This document shows, in pieces, positions 27,701 to 36,930 of a stretch of 64,000 nucleotides of DNA (position 1 is the first letter of the stretch; every line of letters begins with the position of its first letter). The stretch spans positions 3,318 to 67,317 of the forward strand of contig CBFGRJ010000001.1 of NCBI GenBank assembly GCA_965651135.1. Direction: 5' to 3'. A program made the position numbers and the translations under genes. The notes under the pieces are model-generated. The model searched no databases. It was not told the DNA's origin and saw only the letters and a list, made by a program, of their open reading frames with translations. The stretch comes from an uncultured Myxococcales bacterium (lineage in GTDB: Bacteria > Myxococcota_A > Polyangia > Polyangiales > Polyangiaceae).

Positions 27701-30700
27701 GCGTCGTGAGCAGCGTCGCGACGACCTGCGCTGGCTCTTGGAGTTGAGGGTCAAGCACGCACCCGACGATCGAGAGCGTCTAGCCATTCTAAAAGAATGG
27801 GCAACTCTGGAAGAAGAGGTGTTCGAGTCGCCCGAAGCGGCGGTATCGCTGCATCGCCGCGTGCTGGAGATCGACAAGGCAGACGTCACGTCTCTCACCA
27901 CGCTGGCTCGTTTGTTGCTGAAGGCGGGTGACGCCGAAGGAGCCTCCGAGGTCGTGGCCCAGCAGCGCGACGTTTCTGAAGGAGACGAACGCGCAGAGCG
28001 CGAGCTCGAGCTGGCCGACCTCTACCTGACTCGCTTGGACAAGCCAGCAGAGGCGCTGCAGGCATGCGTCAGGGCTTTGCAGAACGAAGCGGCCAAGCCC
28101 AAGGCCGTGGCGTTGCTCGAGCGTTTGGTCGAGCGTGACGCAACCAAGGTCAAGGCGGCGGAGCTCTTGGCCGAGCTCTACGCGGCGGGCGGCGATGCCC
28201 GTCGCGAGGCCCAGGCGCTGGAGGTCATGATCGCCGACGCCACCGACGATGCGGACCGCCTGGACTTGTACCAGCGCTTAGCCACGGTGCTGGAAGGAAA
28301 GCTGGGTGCCTACAGCAGCGCGCTCGACGTCATGCTGCAGGCGGTCGTGCGCTACCCCTCCGAGCTCCCGCTGTGGGATCGCGCCGAGGCCTTGTCTGCT
28401 GCTTCGGGGCGCCCGACGGACCTTGCGGAGCGGTATCGCGAGGTCTTGCGCGGCAAGCTCGATCGAGAGATCGAGATCGAGCTGTCAGAACGAGCTGCCC
28501 GACTGCACGAGGATAAGTTGGGCGATCCGATCGGCGCCGCTCCGTATCTCGAAAAGATCCTGGAGCTCGACCCGAGCAACGAGCCCGCGTTTCAGCACCT
28601 GAAGGACATCTTGACGGCAGCGGAACGCTGGGGGGAGCTGGAAGCGCTGTACGACCGCGCTTCCAGGGCGACCGACGACGTGCAGCGACAGATCGACATG
28701 CTGGTCGAAGTCGCATTGATTTGCGAAGAAATCACCGAGGACGCCCCGAAGGCCATCCGCTACTACGAGCGGATCCTCGAAATCGACCCGATGCACGACG
28801 CTTCCAGCAAGGCGTTGGACCGGCTTTATGTACGTCAGGGCGACAACGAAAAGCTGGCCAAGCTTTTGACCCGCCGCCTGGAAACGGCCGTGGGCGACGA
28901 GCTGGTCGAGACAAAGCTTCGATTGGCGCGCATCCAGATCGATTTGCACCACCCGGAGAGTGCCATCGACCACGTCGAGGACGTGCTCCGCGAGCGCCTC
29001 AACGACTACCAGGCGCGTGAGCTCGCCGAGCGCATGCTGGAAATCGGCAGCCTGAGGGTACGCGCGGCTCGCATGCTCGAAAGCGTGTACGAGTCGCGCA
29101 ACGAGATCCGCGACCTGGTGCGAGTCTTGATGATTCGACTCGAGGGGCTGGACGACGAACAAGAAGAAGATCGAAGTCCCGAAGAGCAGGCCGAGCTGTT
29201 GCGACGCATCGCGACCCTGCGTGACGATCGCCTGCACGACGACCAGGGTGCACTCGACGCGCTGTGCAGATTGGTGCCGCTCGATCCGCTCGATGCCGAT
29301 GCACGCCAGCGTTTGATCGAGGTGGGGCGCCGCGTGGGCGAGCACGAGCGCGTTGCCGTGGTGCTGACCCGAGCCGCAAAGAATGCGGACTCGCCTGGGC
29401 TAAAAGGCGAAATTTTGCTCAAAGTGGCGGGACTCTACGAAGATCAAATTGGCGACAAACAGCGCGCCGAGCTGACCTATCGCGAGGTCGTAGAGCTGGA
29501 CGAGTCGGACGCGGCACTCGTGCTCCCGGCTGCGAGGTCTTTGGAACGCCTGTACGTAGCGTCGGGCGAGCACGAAAAGCTCGCGGGCATTCTGCGCATT
29601 CAGGTGGGTCTCGAGCCCGACGCCGAGGCTCGCGCGCAGCTGTTGGGGCGACTCGGTGAGCTCTGTCAGCACGTTTTGGGTGACAACGACGGGGCCATTG
29701 CCGCGTGGAAGGCCAGGGTAGAAGAAAACCCGGACGACGATGTGGCGTTGGCAGCGCTGGATGCCTTGTACGTTTCGACGGAGCGCTATCGAGAACTCGT
29801 GTCGGTGCTGGAGCGTCGTCGCGAGATTGCGACCGATGATGCACGGCGCAAGGAGCTTTTGACGCGCGCCGCGGAGACGCAGTGGAAGCAGCTGTCAGAG
29901 ATAGCCGAGGCGATCGAGAGCTACCAAACTCTAGTGGCGGAATTCGGGGCTGACGTCGCCGCCTTGAGTGCGCTCGAGCAACTGTACGTTGCTGCCGACC
30001 GATACGAAGAGCTGGCGGACGTGTACGACCGACACTTGGAAATTGCGCCTGACGACAGCGAGCGGTTGAGGCTGTACGCCGCCCTGGGAGAAGTGAAGCG
30101 CAAGCATCTCAATGACTGGGAGGGTGCCCTGGGCGCCTATCGCAAGGCACTCGAGATCGATTCGCAGCACGAACCCAGCCGGCACGCCCTCGAAGAAATG
30201 CTGGATAGCTCCGACAGCATCACCAGGCGTGAGAGCGCCGCGGTGCTGAGGCCGATCTACGAAGCAGAAACCGATGCACAGCGCTTGCTGCGCGTGCTCG
30301 AGATCGAGGTAGACACGGCCGAGGACCCAGATACGAAACTCAGGGGTCTGGAGCGAGCGCTGAGCGTTGCCGAGGATGCGCTGGATGACAGAACCCGAGC
30401 CTACTCGTACGCCGAACGGGCGGTGCGCGAAGCAGCCGGACACACGGCACTCGGCCCCTACTTGGAGCATCTGGAGCGCCTGGCGGCTGCCACACAGCGA
30501 CGGGCGGACCAGGTCAAACTCTTGTGTGAGGTGGTTCCGGACATCTTCGACGGCAATGTGCAGATCGACGTGACGTTGCGTATTGCCGATTTGGCTCGGC
30601 ACCAACTCGCCGACCGCGAGCTGGCCAGGCAGTACTACCAGAAAGCTCTAGAGCTTCGCGTGGACGATCCCAAGGCGCTGGCTGCCCTGGAATCGCTGTA

Positions 30701-33700
30701 CGAGGAGGCCGGCGACGCCCAGAGCTTGCTCGATATTTTGGAGCGCAGAGCCGACACTGCCGAAACCGACGCAGATCGCAAACAGTTCTTGTTCCGGCGT
30801 GGGCGCCTGCTGGCGGAGGTCATCGAAGACCGGCGCAAGGCCATCGAGGTCTATGAAGCCATTTTGGACATGGAGCTCGAACCTGCCGCCATCGAGGCGC
30901 TGGAGAGCCTGTACACCCACGAAGAAATGTGGGTCGAGCTGATCACCTTGTACCAACGACAGCTCGATTCTCGGGTGGGCGATGCCGCGCTGCTGCACGT
31001 GAAGATTGCGCAAGTCGCAGCGAAGCAAATGAACGATTTGCATCGCGCGTTCGACGAATTCGAGGCAGCCCTGGACATCGAAAGGCAGCACGAGCCGGCC
31101 ATCAAGGGGCTGGAGGAGCTGCTGGCTGGGTCCATCGATGTGGAGTTCAGGGCACGTGCCGCTTCGCTGCTCGAACCCGTTTATCTAGCTCGTGCGGACT
31201 ACAAGAGCCTGCTCGAGGCCATCAAGGCGCGTTTGGCGGCCAGCCAGGACCCCATCGAGAAGCGCGAGCTGCTGACTCGGCTTGCGAAGCTGTACGAGGA
31301 GCAGCAGGAGGACTACCTCGCGGCTCTGGACACGACGGCCAAGCTGCTGGACGACGACCTAGCCGACGACGATACGATTCACGAGCTCGAACGGCTCGCG
31401 AAGGTGGCTGGCGCCAGCCAAAAGCTCGCCGAAATCTACTCCTCACGGCTCGCCGATCAGCCGATCGAAGACGATGCCGGACTAAGGCTTTGCCGTCGCA
31501 CCGGCGAGTTGTTCAGCGAGCTCGGCGATTCGCGGCGGGCGCTCGAGTTTTACCGGCGCGCGCTCGCGTTCGAGCCCGAGAATCGTGAGCTGTTCGACGC
31601 GGTGGACGCCATCTTGCGCGACACCGAACAGCATGCCGCGCGTGTGGAGCTGTATCGAGACGCGCTGAATCATCGGTTCGATCCCGACGATCGGCTGAAA
31701 GCGCTCCATGTCATCGCCAGGCTCCAGACGGAAGCGCTGAATCAACCGGACGAGGCCATTGAAACCTACCGGCAGGCACTCGAGGTGGACGAGACGAACG
31801 TCGAGACGTTGGATGCCTTGACCAAGCTCTACCAAAAGCGAAAGCGCTACACGGATCTGGCGGAGCACTACCTCAGGCGTGCGGAATCCACCCCGGACAT
31901 CGAGGCGGCGGCTGAGTTTCGGTTGTCGCTTGCCAGGCTCTACAAGAACGAGCTCGAAGAACCGGAGCGTGCGCTCGACCAGCTCGAAGAAATCGTGCAA
32001 TCGCTGCCGTCTCACGAAGCGGCCATAGAAGAGCTCGAAGCGATGCGAGCTTCCGAGGAGTTTCGCGAGCGAACGGTGGAGATCTTGCGTCCGCTCTACG
32101 AATCCCTGGATGACTGGAAGCGACTCATCAAGCTGAACGAAGATCGGTTCAGCTTGGCCGGAGATGTTCATGAACAAGTCGCGGTTCTGCGAGAAACAGC
32201 AGAGCTGTGGGAATCTCGAGGCCGCAATCAGGAGCGCGCCAGGCTCGCCCTGAAAGAAGCGTTCCGGCTCGACCCAGAAGACAACGACGTGAGGGCGAGC
32301 TACGAGCGCCTGGTCGAGGCCACTTCTGCATGGGACGAGCTTGCCGCTCTGTACGACGAAGTCCTGGCCGAGTCGCCCGACATCCTCACGAAGCGGGACG
32401 TGCTGTCGACTCTCGCCGAGGTGCACAACAAGCGGAGGGACGATCCGCGACGAGCGCTCGATGCCTACGATCGCCTGCATCGCGTGGACGAAACGGACCT
32501 CACGCCGCTGAACTACATGGAGCGCCTGGCCACATTGCTCAGCGATTGGCCGGTGTTGGTTCGAGTGCTGACGGCGAAGGCGGAGCTCTCCCTCGACGAA
32601 GAAGAGCGAGCTTCGATTTGGCGACGCGTCGGCGAGGCGAAGCGCGACATGCTCGATGACCCGACCGGCGCCATCGAAGCCTACGAACGGGCGCTGGAGA
32701 TCGAGCCAAGCAACGCGTTCACGGTCGATTGCCTCATCGAACTGTACGAGCAGCACGAGAATTCGGAGCGCCTGGTGGAGCTCTACCAGATGCGGGTGGA
32801 CCTTTGCGACGAGGATGACGCGGAGTTGAAGTACAACCTGCTTTCGTCTGCCGCGGAGGTATACGAGACGAAGCTCAAAGATCACTCGCGCGCCATCGAA
32901 GTGCTGACGCAGGCTCTGGATGTTCAGCCGGGAGATGCCAAAGTGCTTTCGGCGCTGAATCGCCTCTACCGAGCCGAGCAGATGTGGCCCGAGTTGCTCG
33001 ACAACTTGCGCGCGCAAGCCGAGCTGGCGGAAGGGGCGGAAGAGCGTGCGCTGCTACGGCGCCAGATTGGGGAAATTCTGGCCACCAAGTTGGAGCAGTA
33101 CGAGGAGGCCTTGGAAGCGTACCGATTGGTCTTGGAGGACACGCCCGAGGACGAAACGACCATCGCCAAGGTCCGAGAGATCGGCGAAGAACACGAAGAC
33201 TTGCGGCTGACGGTCGCCGAGGTGTTGGTCCCCGTGCTGACCCAAACCAACGCCCACGAACCCTTGGTGGCGGTGCTCGAAATGCGCCTCACGGCCGAAA
33301 TGGATCCCGAACAGCGTGTCGAGACACTGCGCTCGATAGCCCAGGTGCTCGAAGAGAAGCTCGAGCGCGTGTCGGATGCCGAAGGCGCCCTGCTGCGCGC
33401 GCTGTCCGAAAAGCCCGAGGGTCAGGATCTGCACGAAGGCATCGAGCGGCTTGCTGAAGCCTCGAACGGCTGGGGCCGCTACGCGGATGTGCTCGAAGAG
33501 CGAGCACAAGCCACGTTCGATCCCGAAGTGGCCAAAGATCTGTTCGTACGAGCAGGTCACATCGCCGAGCGGCACCTGCATGACAATCGGCGTGCAGTCG
33601 AAGATTTCACGCGAGCCATCGAACAAACGGGTGATCAACCCGAGCTATTGGTGGCGCTCGACCGGTTGTACAGCAACTTGGGGGATGCCGAGCGGTTGAG

Positions 33701-36119
33701 TGAGATCCTCGACCGGCGCGTCGTGGTCGAGGAGCGCGAGGATGAACAAGCGGAGCTCTACTATCGGCTCGGCACGATCCAGAGCAAGGAGTTCAAGGAT
33801 CCCAGCCAGGCGCTGGCGTCCTTCCGCATGGCTCTGGAGCGCAATCGAGATCACGAGGCTGCGGCCAGCGAGCTCCAGAAGCTGACGGACGATCCCGATC
33901 TGTTCGAAGAGGCCGCGGACATTCTCGAGGAGGTCTATCGAGCGCGAGGGCAAACGGATCGCTTGGCAGGGCTCTACGAGAAACGGATTGGATTTGCGGA
34001 AGGCCCGGAGGAGCGTATCGACATGCGCCGGAACTTGGCGCGTGTTTTGGAAGAAGACTGCAAAGATGCGGCCGCCGCTCAGCGAGTCTTGGAGCAGGGG
34101 CTGGAAGAGAACCCAGCCGATCCCGCACTATTGGACGAGCTGGAACGCTTGGCCCCGCTCAACGGTGGCTGGCAATCAGCCGCCGACGCGCTGAAGAGCG
34201 CCATCGACAAAGCAACGGAGCTCACGCCCGAACAGGCCAGCCAGCTTTGTGTGCGCCTTGCCGACTGGTACAAAGATCGGCTCGGAAACCCCGAGGCCGC
34301 CGAGCAAGCGCTCATGAAAGCGCTGAGCTACGAGCCGGAGAACGATGAAATTCTGGTACTGCTCGAGCAGCTGCAGAGCGTGGCGGGTCGCGAGCTCGAG
34401 TTGATAGCCACCCTGCGCCGTCGTGCCAAGCTCCACTACGATCCGGATCGGCGGGAGGAGCTCTATCGGCGCGCCAAAGAGCTTGCGGATAGTCGCGGTG
34501 ACACCGAAAAGAGCGAGGAGGTGCTGCGCGAGCTGCTCACGCAGGACGAGATGAACATCTGGGCGCTGGCGGAGCTCACCAAGATTGCCGAGGCGAAGGC
34601 GGACTACGCCGAGGTCTTCGAGCTTTTGGTCAAGCGCGCGGAGCTCCGCGCCGCTGGGGACGTGGTCAAGGACCTCAAGCACCGGGCCGCGCAGATCGCC
34701 CGTGACAAGCTGGGACGGACCGACAAGGCGATCGAGTTATTCGATTCGCTGTTCGAGGACGATCCGGACGATCGTGAGGCGGCGGACGCCCTGCGCGCCA
34801 TGTACGAAGGCGCGAAGCGCTACGACGATTTGGCCAGACTGCTGGAGCGGCTGATCGATCTGGCGGAAACTCCGGAATCCCGCAGCCAGTTGCGCCTGGA
34901 GCTGGCCACGCTGAACGAAGAGCATTTCCAAGCGGTGGATACCGCCGTCAGCCTGCTCAGGGCGATCCTCGACGAAGAACCGGGACACAGCGATGCCGTG
35001 ATCAGGCTCAGTCAGCTCTACGAGCGGGAGAAGCGCGACGAAGAGCTGGCCGACCTGCTCTCCGAGCAGATCTCGGCCGCCCGCGATCGGGGTGATGTTG
35101 CGGCCGAGCTCACCCTGCAGGTCCGCCTAGGCGAGGTGTACGATGCTCGCCTCGGAGACCGGGAGCGCGCCATCGATGCCTACAAGTCGGTGTTGGCGCG
35201 CGAGGCGAACCATCGGGGTGCGCTGGAGGCGCTGGCCAGACTCTATCAGGCCAGCAACGCGCCGCGCGAAGCCGCCGAAGTGCTGGAACAGCTGCTCGGT
35301 ATGGCGGATGGGGAAGCGGCGATCGACCTGACGAGATCGCTCGTGAAGCAGTACAAGGCACTCGACGAGAGCGAAAGCATCACGCGCGCTCTGGAGCGAG
35401 GCTTGCAATTCGACGAAAGCAACGCCTGGCTGCGCGAGGAGCTGCGGCAACGCTACACGGCCGATGAAAACTGGGAACAGTTGGCAAACTTCATGGCCCG
35501 CGAGTCAGAGCTCGAGAGCGATTTGGACAAGCGCGTCGCGCTGTTGCGCGAAGCCGCGCAGATTCAGGCAGCCAAATGTGGAAATCGTGCTGCCGAGGCC
35601 GAGCTTTTGAGCAAAGCCGCGGAGCTCAAGCCCGACGATCGCGATCTACTGTTGGCATTGTGCGACTCGTACAGTGCATCGGGTCGCGCGAAGCAGGCCA
35701 TCGAGGCGTTGCAACGCATCGTCGACAGCTTCGGTGGACGCCGGTCACGGGAGCTGGGCGACATTCACAAGCGCTTGGCGACGGCCTACCTTGCCGAAGG
35801 GCAGACCTCGAATGCGCTCGAAGAATTGGATAAGGCGTTTCGCATCGAGCCGGGCAACGTCGAGGTACTCAAGCAGCTGGGAGAAGTAGCGCTCGACGTC
35901 GGTGACTTCAAAAAAGCCCAGCAGATGTTCCGAGCGCTCTTGCTCCAGCGGCTCGAAAAGGGCAGCCCCATCACCAAGGCGGAGGTCTTCATGCGGCTCG
36001 GCCAGGTGCACGCGAAGCTCGGAGAAAAATCCAAAGCAATCCAGATGTTAGAGCGGGCGCTGCAGTCGGATGCTTCGCTGTCTGAAGCGGAAGCGCAGCT
36101 GGCAGAGCTAAAGGGTTGA
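24792..36119 (+). CDS. giant TPR-like repeat protein (3775 aa), no signal peptide
   Basis: Single uninterrupted 11,328-nt ORF. By eye it has about 35-40 copies of a motif of the form Y(E/R)(R/K)(A/I)L(E)(I/L)(D/E)P.(N/D)..A...L..LY.....W..L, for example YERILEIDPMHDASSKALDRLY, YERALEIEPSNAFTVDCLIELY and YKSILRQDPDNQEAREALKRLY. Rich in Leu/Ala/Glu/Arg/Asp. The N-terminus MDSQTVRTLLGKLQVDPDSQEDW is hydrophilic. Confidence 0.9.
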   Translation: MDSQTVRTLLGKLQVDPDSQEDWAELRQQVSHRAGDLGEDDFLRLLDAAREQHQARGEWDAVRKLLEIAIALVEGTPREAPLVREHARVLIEELLDDDGAAADYVRLLEISPDDAAITQALEETERKRERYKDLVKSYVTEAEAAQDDVYKSSMLMRASEMELRFAGEEADIDRIIDRLEQAVRLDPSNVGASKMLERVYRRNQRWDEVARVLERVADRSEDVNSKAAAGIRLARTYLHKLGDKDRASRAYDRVLRARPDHREAKEFLAGFYSAEERWDDLVQLYENDLKTKGADSKDTVGDMFQIAMLHWRKRESPSDAEPWFERIRKIEPAHEGVLNFFREYSAALDDDAHLIDILSAAQKAERDKQKKTALGKEIAKLAEGQKNAQKAIEQYKSILRQDPDNQEAREALKRLYKQTQGYNALVELLRQQLERTPQEAYEERVAILREVATVYRQYLKSDTALVAVLNQIVQLDDKLDEHDILEVRELVSLYEKLGRYRDLLTNQQRLAQWTPDLDEKKALYRAVARRWLEQFSNVQNATEAYAELLKIAPDDVEARERLEELYRKRRAWPALYELYESELETAEGAARLSLMKEMAQLAAERLNRGSDAVRLYKQILDADPSRTDVLDSLEKHAERARDWVNLADALERRVELLEDDKQARLAVLQKLGSVYADHLSAPDKATQAWRRVLELQPGHHRALRVLREAFLQEADYDGLEELYGSQQDWEGLADVFSTAADRARDDAQKVELSYRAAAVYETRLNQPDRAFRSYERILAVDPEDVKAARALIPLYEKDEKWNRLPALYEVLLDKAQTPDEKVELLSRLVQVSGSRLADKKAAALYAQQAYAIAPDSDAALELLEQTCRAAGAWDELVASLEARLASATLPSSPPPPKRRRRRKRGASEAPSQPPKAEGITSSERRMLSLKLARVYSDELGKVDQAIATLKKLLEQSPADTEAAHTLEAILRREQRRDDLRWLLELRVKHAPDDRERLAILKEWATLEEEVFESPEAAVSLHRRVLEIDKADVTSLTTLARLLLKAGDAEGASEVVAQQRDVSEGDERAERELELADLYLTRLDKPAEALQACVRALQNEAAKPKAVALLERLVERDATKVKAAELLAELYAAGGDARREAQALEVMIADATDDADRLDLYQRLATVLEGKLGAYSSALDVMLQAVVRYPSELPLWDRAEALSAASGRPTDLAERYREVLRGKLDREIEIELSERAARLHEDKLGDPIGAAPYLEKILELDPSNEPAFQHLKDILTAAERWGELEALYDRASRATDDVQRQIDMLVEVALICEEITEDAPKAIRYYERILEIDPMHDASSKALDRLYVRQGDNEKLAKLLTRRLETAVGDELVETKLRLARIQIDLHHPESAIDHVEDVLRERLNDYQARELAERMLEIGSLRVRAARMLESVYESRNEIRDLVRVLMIRLEGLDDEQEEDRSPEEQAELLRRIATLRDDRLHDDQGALDALCRLVPLDPLDADARQRLIEVGRRVGEHERVAVVLTRAAKNADSPGLKGEILLKVAGLYEDQIGDKQRAELTYREVVELDESDAALVLPAARSLERLYVASGEHEKLAGILRIQVGLEPDAEARAQLLGRLGELCQHVLGDNDGAIAAWKARVEENPDDDVALAALDALYVSTERYRELVSVLERRREIATDDARRKELLTRAAETQWKQLSEIAEAIESYQTLVAEFGADVAALSALEQLYVAADRYEELADVYDRHLEIAPDDSERLRLYAALGEVKRKHLNDWEGALGAYRKALEIDSQHEPSRHALEEMLDSSDSITRRESAAVLRPIYEAETDAQRLLRVLEIEVDTAEDPDTKLRGLERALSVAEDALDDRTRAYSYAERAVREAAGHTALGPYLEHLERLAAATQRRADQVKLLCEVVPDIFDGNVQIDVTLRIADLARHQLADRELARQYYQKALELRVDDPKALAALESLYEEAGDAQSLLDILERRADTAETDADRKQFLFRRGRLLAEVIEDRRKAIEVYEAILDMELEPAAIEALESLYTHEEMWVELITLYQRQLDSRVGDAALLHVKIAQVAAKQMNDLHRAFDEFEAALDIERQHEPAIKGLEELLAGSIDVEFRARAASLLEPVYLARADYKSLLEAIKARLAASQDPIEKRELLTRLAKLYEEQQEDYLAALDTTAKLLDDDLADDDTIHELERLAKVAGASQKLAEIYSSRLADQPIEDDAGLRLCRRTGELFSELGDSRRALEFYRRALAFEPENRELFDAVDAILRDTEQHAARVELYRDALNHRFDPDDRLKALHVIARLQTEALNQPDEAIETYRQALEVDETNVETLDALTKLYQKRKRYTDLAEHYLRRAESTPDIEAAAEFRLSLARLYKNELEEPERALDQLEEIVQSLPSHEAAIEELEAMRASEEFRERTVEILRPLYESLDDWKRLIKLNEDRFSLAGDVHEQVAVLRETAELWESRGRNQERARLALKEAFRLDPEDNDVRASYERLVEATSAWDELAALYDEVLAESPDILTKRDVLSTLAEVHNKRRDDPRRALDAYDRLHRVDETDLTPLNYMERLATLLSDWPVLVRVLTAKAELSLDEEERASIWRRVGEAKRDMLDDPTGAIEAYERALEIEPSNAFTVDCLIELYEQHENSERLVELYQMRVDLCDEDDAELKYNLLSSAAEVYETKLKDHSRAIEVLTQALDVQPGDAKVLSALNRLYRAEQMWPELLDNLRAQAELAEGAEERALLRRQIGEILATKLEQYEEALEAYRLVLEDTPEDETTIAKVREIGEEHEDLRLTVAEVLVPVLTQTNAHEPLVAVLEMRLTAEMDPEQRVETLRSIAQVLEEKLERVSDAEGALLRALSEKPEGQDLHEGIERLAEASNGWGRYADVLEERAQATFDPEVAKDLFVRAGHIAERHLHDNRRAVEDFTRAIEQTGDQPELLVALDRLYSNLGDAERLSEILDRRVVVEEREDEQAELYYRLGTIQSKEFKDPSQALASFRMALERNRDHEAAASELQKLTDDPDLFEEAADILEEVYRARGQTDRLAGLYEKRIGFAEGPEERIDMRRNLARVLEEDCKDAAAAQRVLEQGLEENPADPALLDELERLAPLNGGWQSAADALKSAIDKATELTPEQASQLCVRLADWYKDRLGNPEAAEQALMKALSYEPENDEILVLLEQLQSVAGRELELIATLRRRAKLHYDPDRREELYRRAKELADSRGDTEKSEEVLRELLTQDEMNIWALAELTKIAEAKADYAEVFELLVKRAELRAAGDVVKDLKHRAAQIARDKLGRTDKAIELFDSLFEDDPDDREAADALRAMYEGAKRYDDLARLLERLIDLAETPESRSQLRLELATLNEEHFQAVDTAVSLLRAILDEEPGHSDAVIRLSQLYEREKRDEELADLLSEQISAARDRGDVAAELTLQVRLGEVYDARLGDRERAIDAYKSVLAREANHRGALEALARLYQASNAPREAAEVLEQLLGMADGEAAIDLTRSLVKQYKALDESESITRALERGLQFDESNAWLREELRQRYTADENWEQLANFMARESELESDLDKRVALLREAAQIQAAKCGNRAAEAELLSKAAELKPDDRDLLLALCDSYSASGRAKQAIEALQRIVDSFGGRRSRELGDIHKRLATAYLAEGQTSNALEELDKAFRIEPGNVEVLKQLGEVALDVGDFKKAQQMFRALLLQRLEKGSPITKAEVFMRLGQVHAKLGEKSKAIQMLERALQSDASLSEAEAQLAELKG

Positions 36120-36181
36120 GGTTGCTCTTCGAGAGGGCTGTGCGTGGACACGCCCCGCGTTATGAGTAGCCTTGTCGACCG

Positions 36182-36925
36182 GTGACAAAATTTTCGATCA
36201 ACCTCAACAAGATTGCCTTGTTGCGCAATTCGCGCGGCAGGAACTATCCCGATCTGCTCGCCTTTGCGCGCCGCTGTCTGACCCTGGGTGTGCACGGGAT
36301 TACGGTTCACCCGCGGCCGGATGAACGACACGTGCGTTACTCGGATGTCCCAGCACTGGCGCGCCTGTTGCAGGAGTTCCCCCATGCCGAGTTGAACATC
36401 GAGGGCAACCCGAGCCCGCGATTCGTAGCGCTCGTGCTAGAGGCTCAGCCGCATCAGGTCACCTTGGTGCCGGATGCAGACGACCAACTCACTTCCGACC
36501 ATGGCTGGGACGCCGTGCGGGACCTCGCGGAGCTGCGGCGAGTGGTGGCAGTCTTTCGGGACGCAAAGATCAGGACCAGTCTGTTCATGGACCCGGTGCC
36601 CGAGCAGGTAGAAGCGGCGAGCCGCACCGGTGCCGAGCGCATCGAGCTCTACACCGAAGCCTACGCCAGCAGCTATGGCTCTTCGCGGCAGAGCGCCGTG
36701 ATTGCCCGTTACGCCGACGCGGCGCGCCAGGCAGCAGCGCTTGGACTGGGCGTCAACGCTGGCCATGACTTGAATCTCGACAATCTGCCCACGTTCTTGC
36801 GGGAGGTCCCCGATGTGCTCGAGGTTAGCATCGGCCACGCTGTCGTGTGCGAGTGCCTCGAGCTCGGGCTGAAAACAGTGCTCGAACGCTACCTGGATAT
36901 CGTCAGCCGCGGAAGTCGCGGCTAG
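36182..36925 (+). CDS. pdxJ: pyridoxine 5'-phosphate synthase
   Basis: GTG start. (M)TKFSINLNKIALLRNSRG...GITVHPRPDERH is the PdxJ signature. 247 aa. Confidence 0.9.
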   Translation: MTKFSINLNKIALLRNSRGRNYPDLLAFARRCLTLGVHGITVHPRPDERHVRYSDVPALARLLQEFPHAELNIEGNPSPRFVALVLEAQPHQVTLVPDADDQLTSDHGWDAVRDLAELRRVVAVFRDAKIRTSLFMDPVPEQVEAASRTGAERIELYTEAYASSYGSSRQSAVIARYADAARQAAALGLGVNAGHDLNLDNLPTFLREVPDVLEVSIGHAVVCECLELGLKTVLERYLDIVSRGSRG

Positions 36926-36930
36926 CTCGC

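Noticed and set aside
24924-33017. Long minus-strand ORFs inside the giant TPR gene (24924..26327, 467 aa; 28485..29345; 29931..30605; 31482..33017, 511 aa)
   Set aside because: They are mirror images of a Leu/Glu/Ala/Arg-rich repeat gene (GAG/CTC, GCG/CGC symmetric codons). They have no independent motifs, while the plus frame is uninterrupted for 11.3 kb with a coherent repeat.
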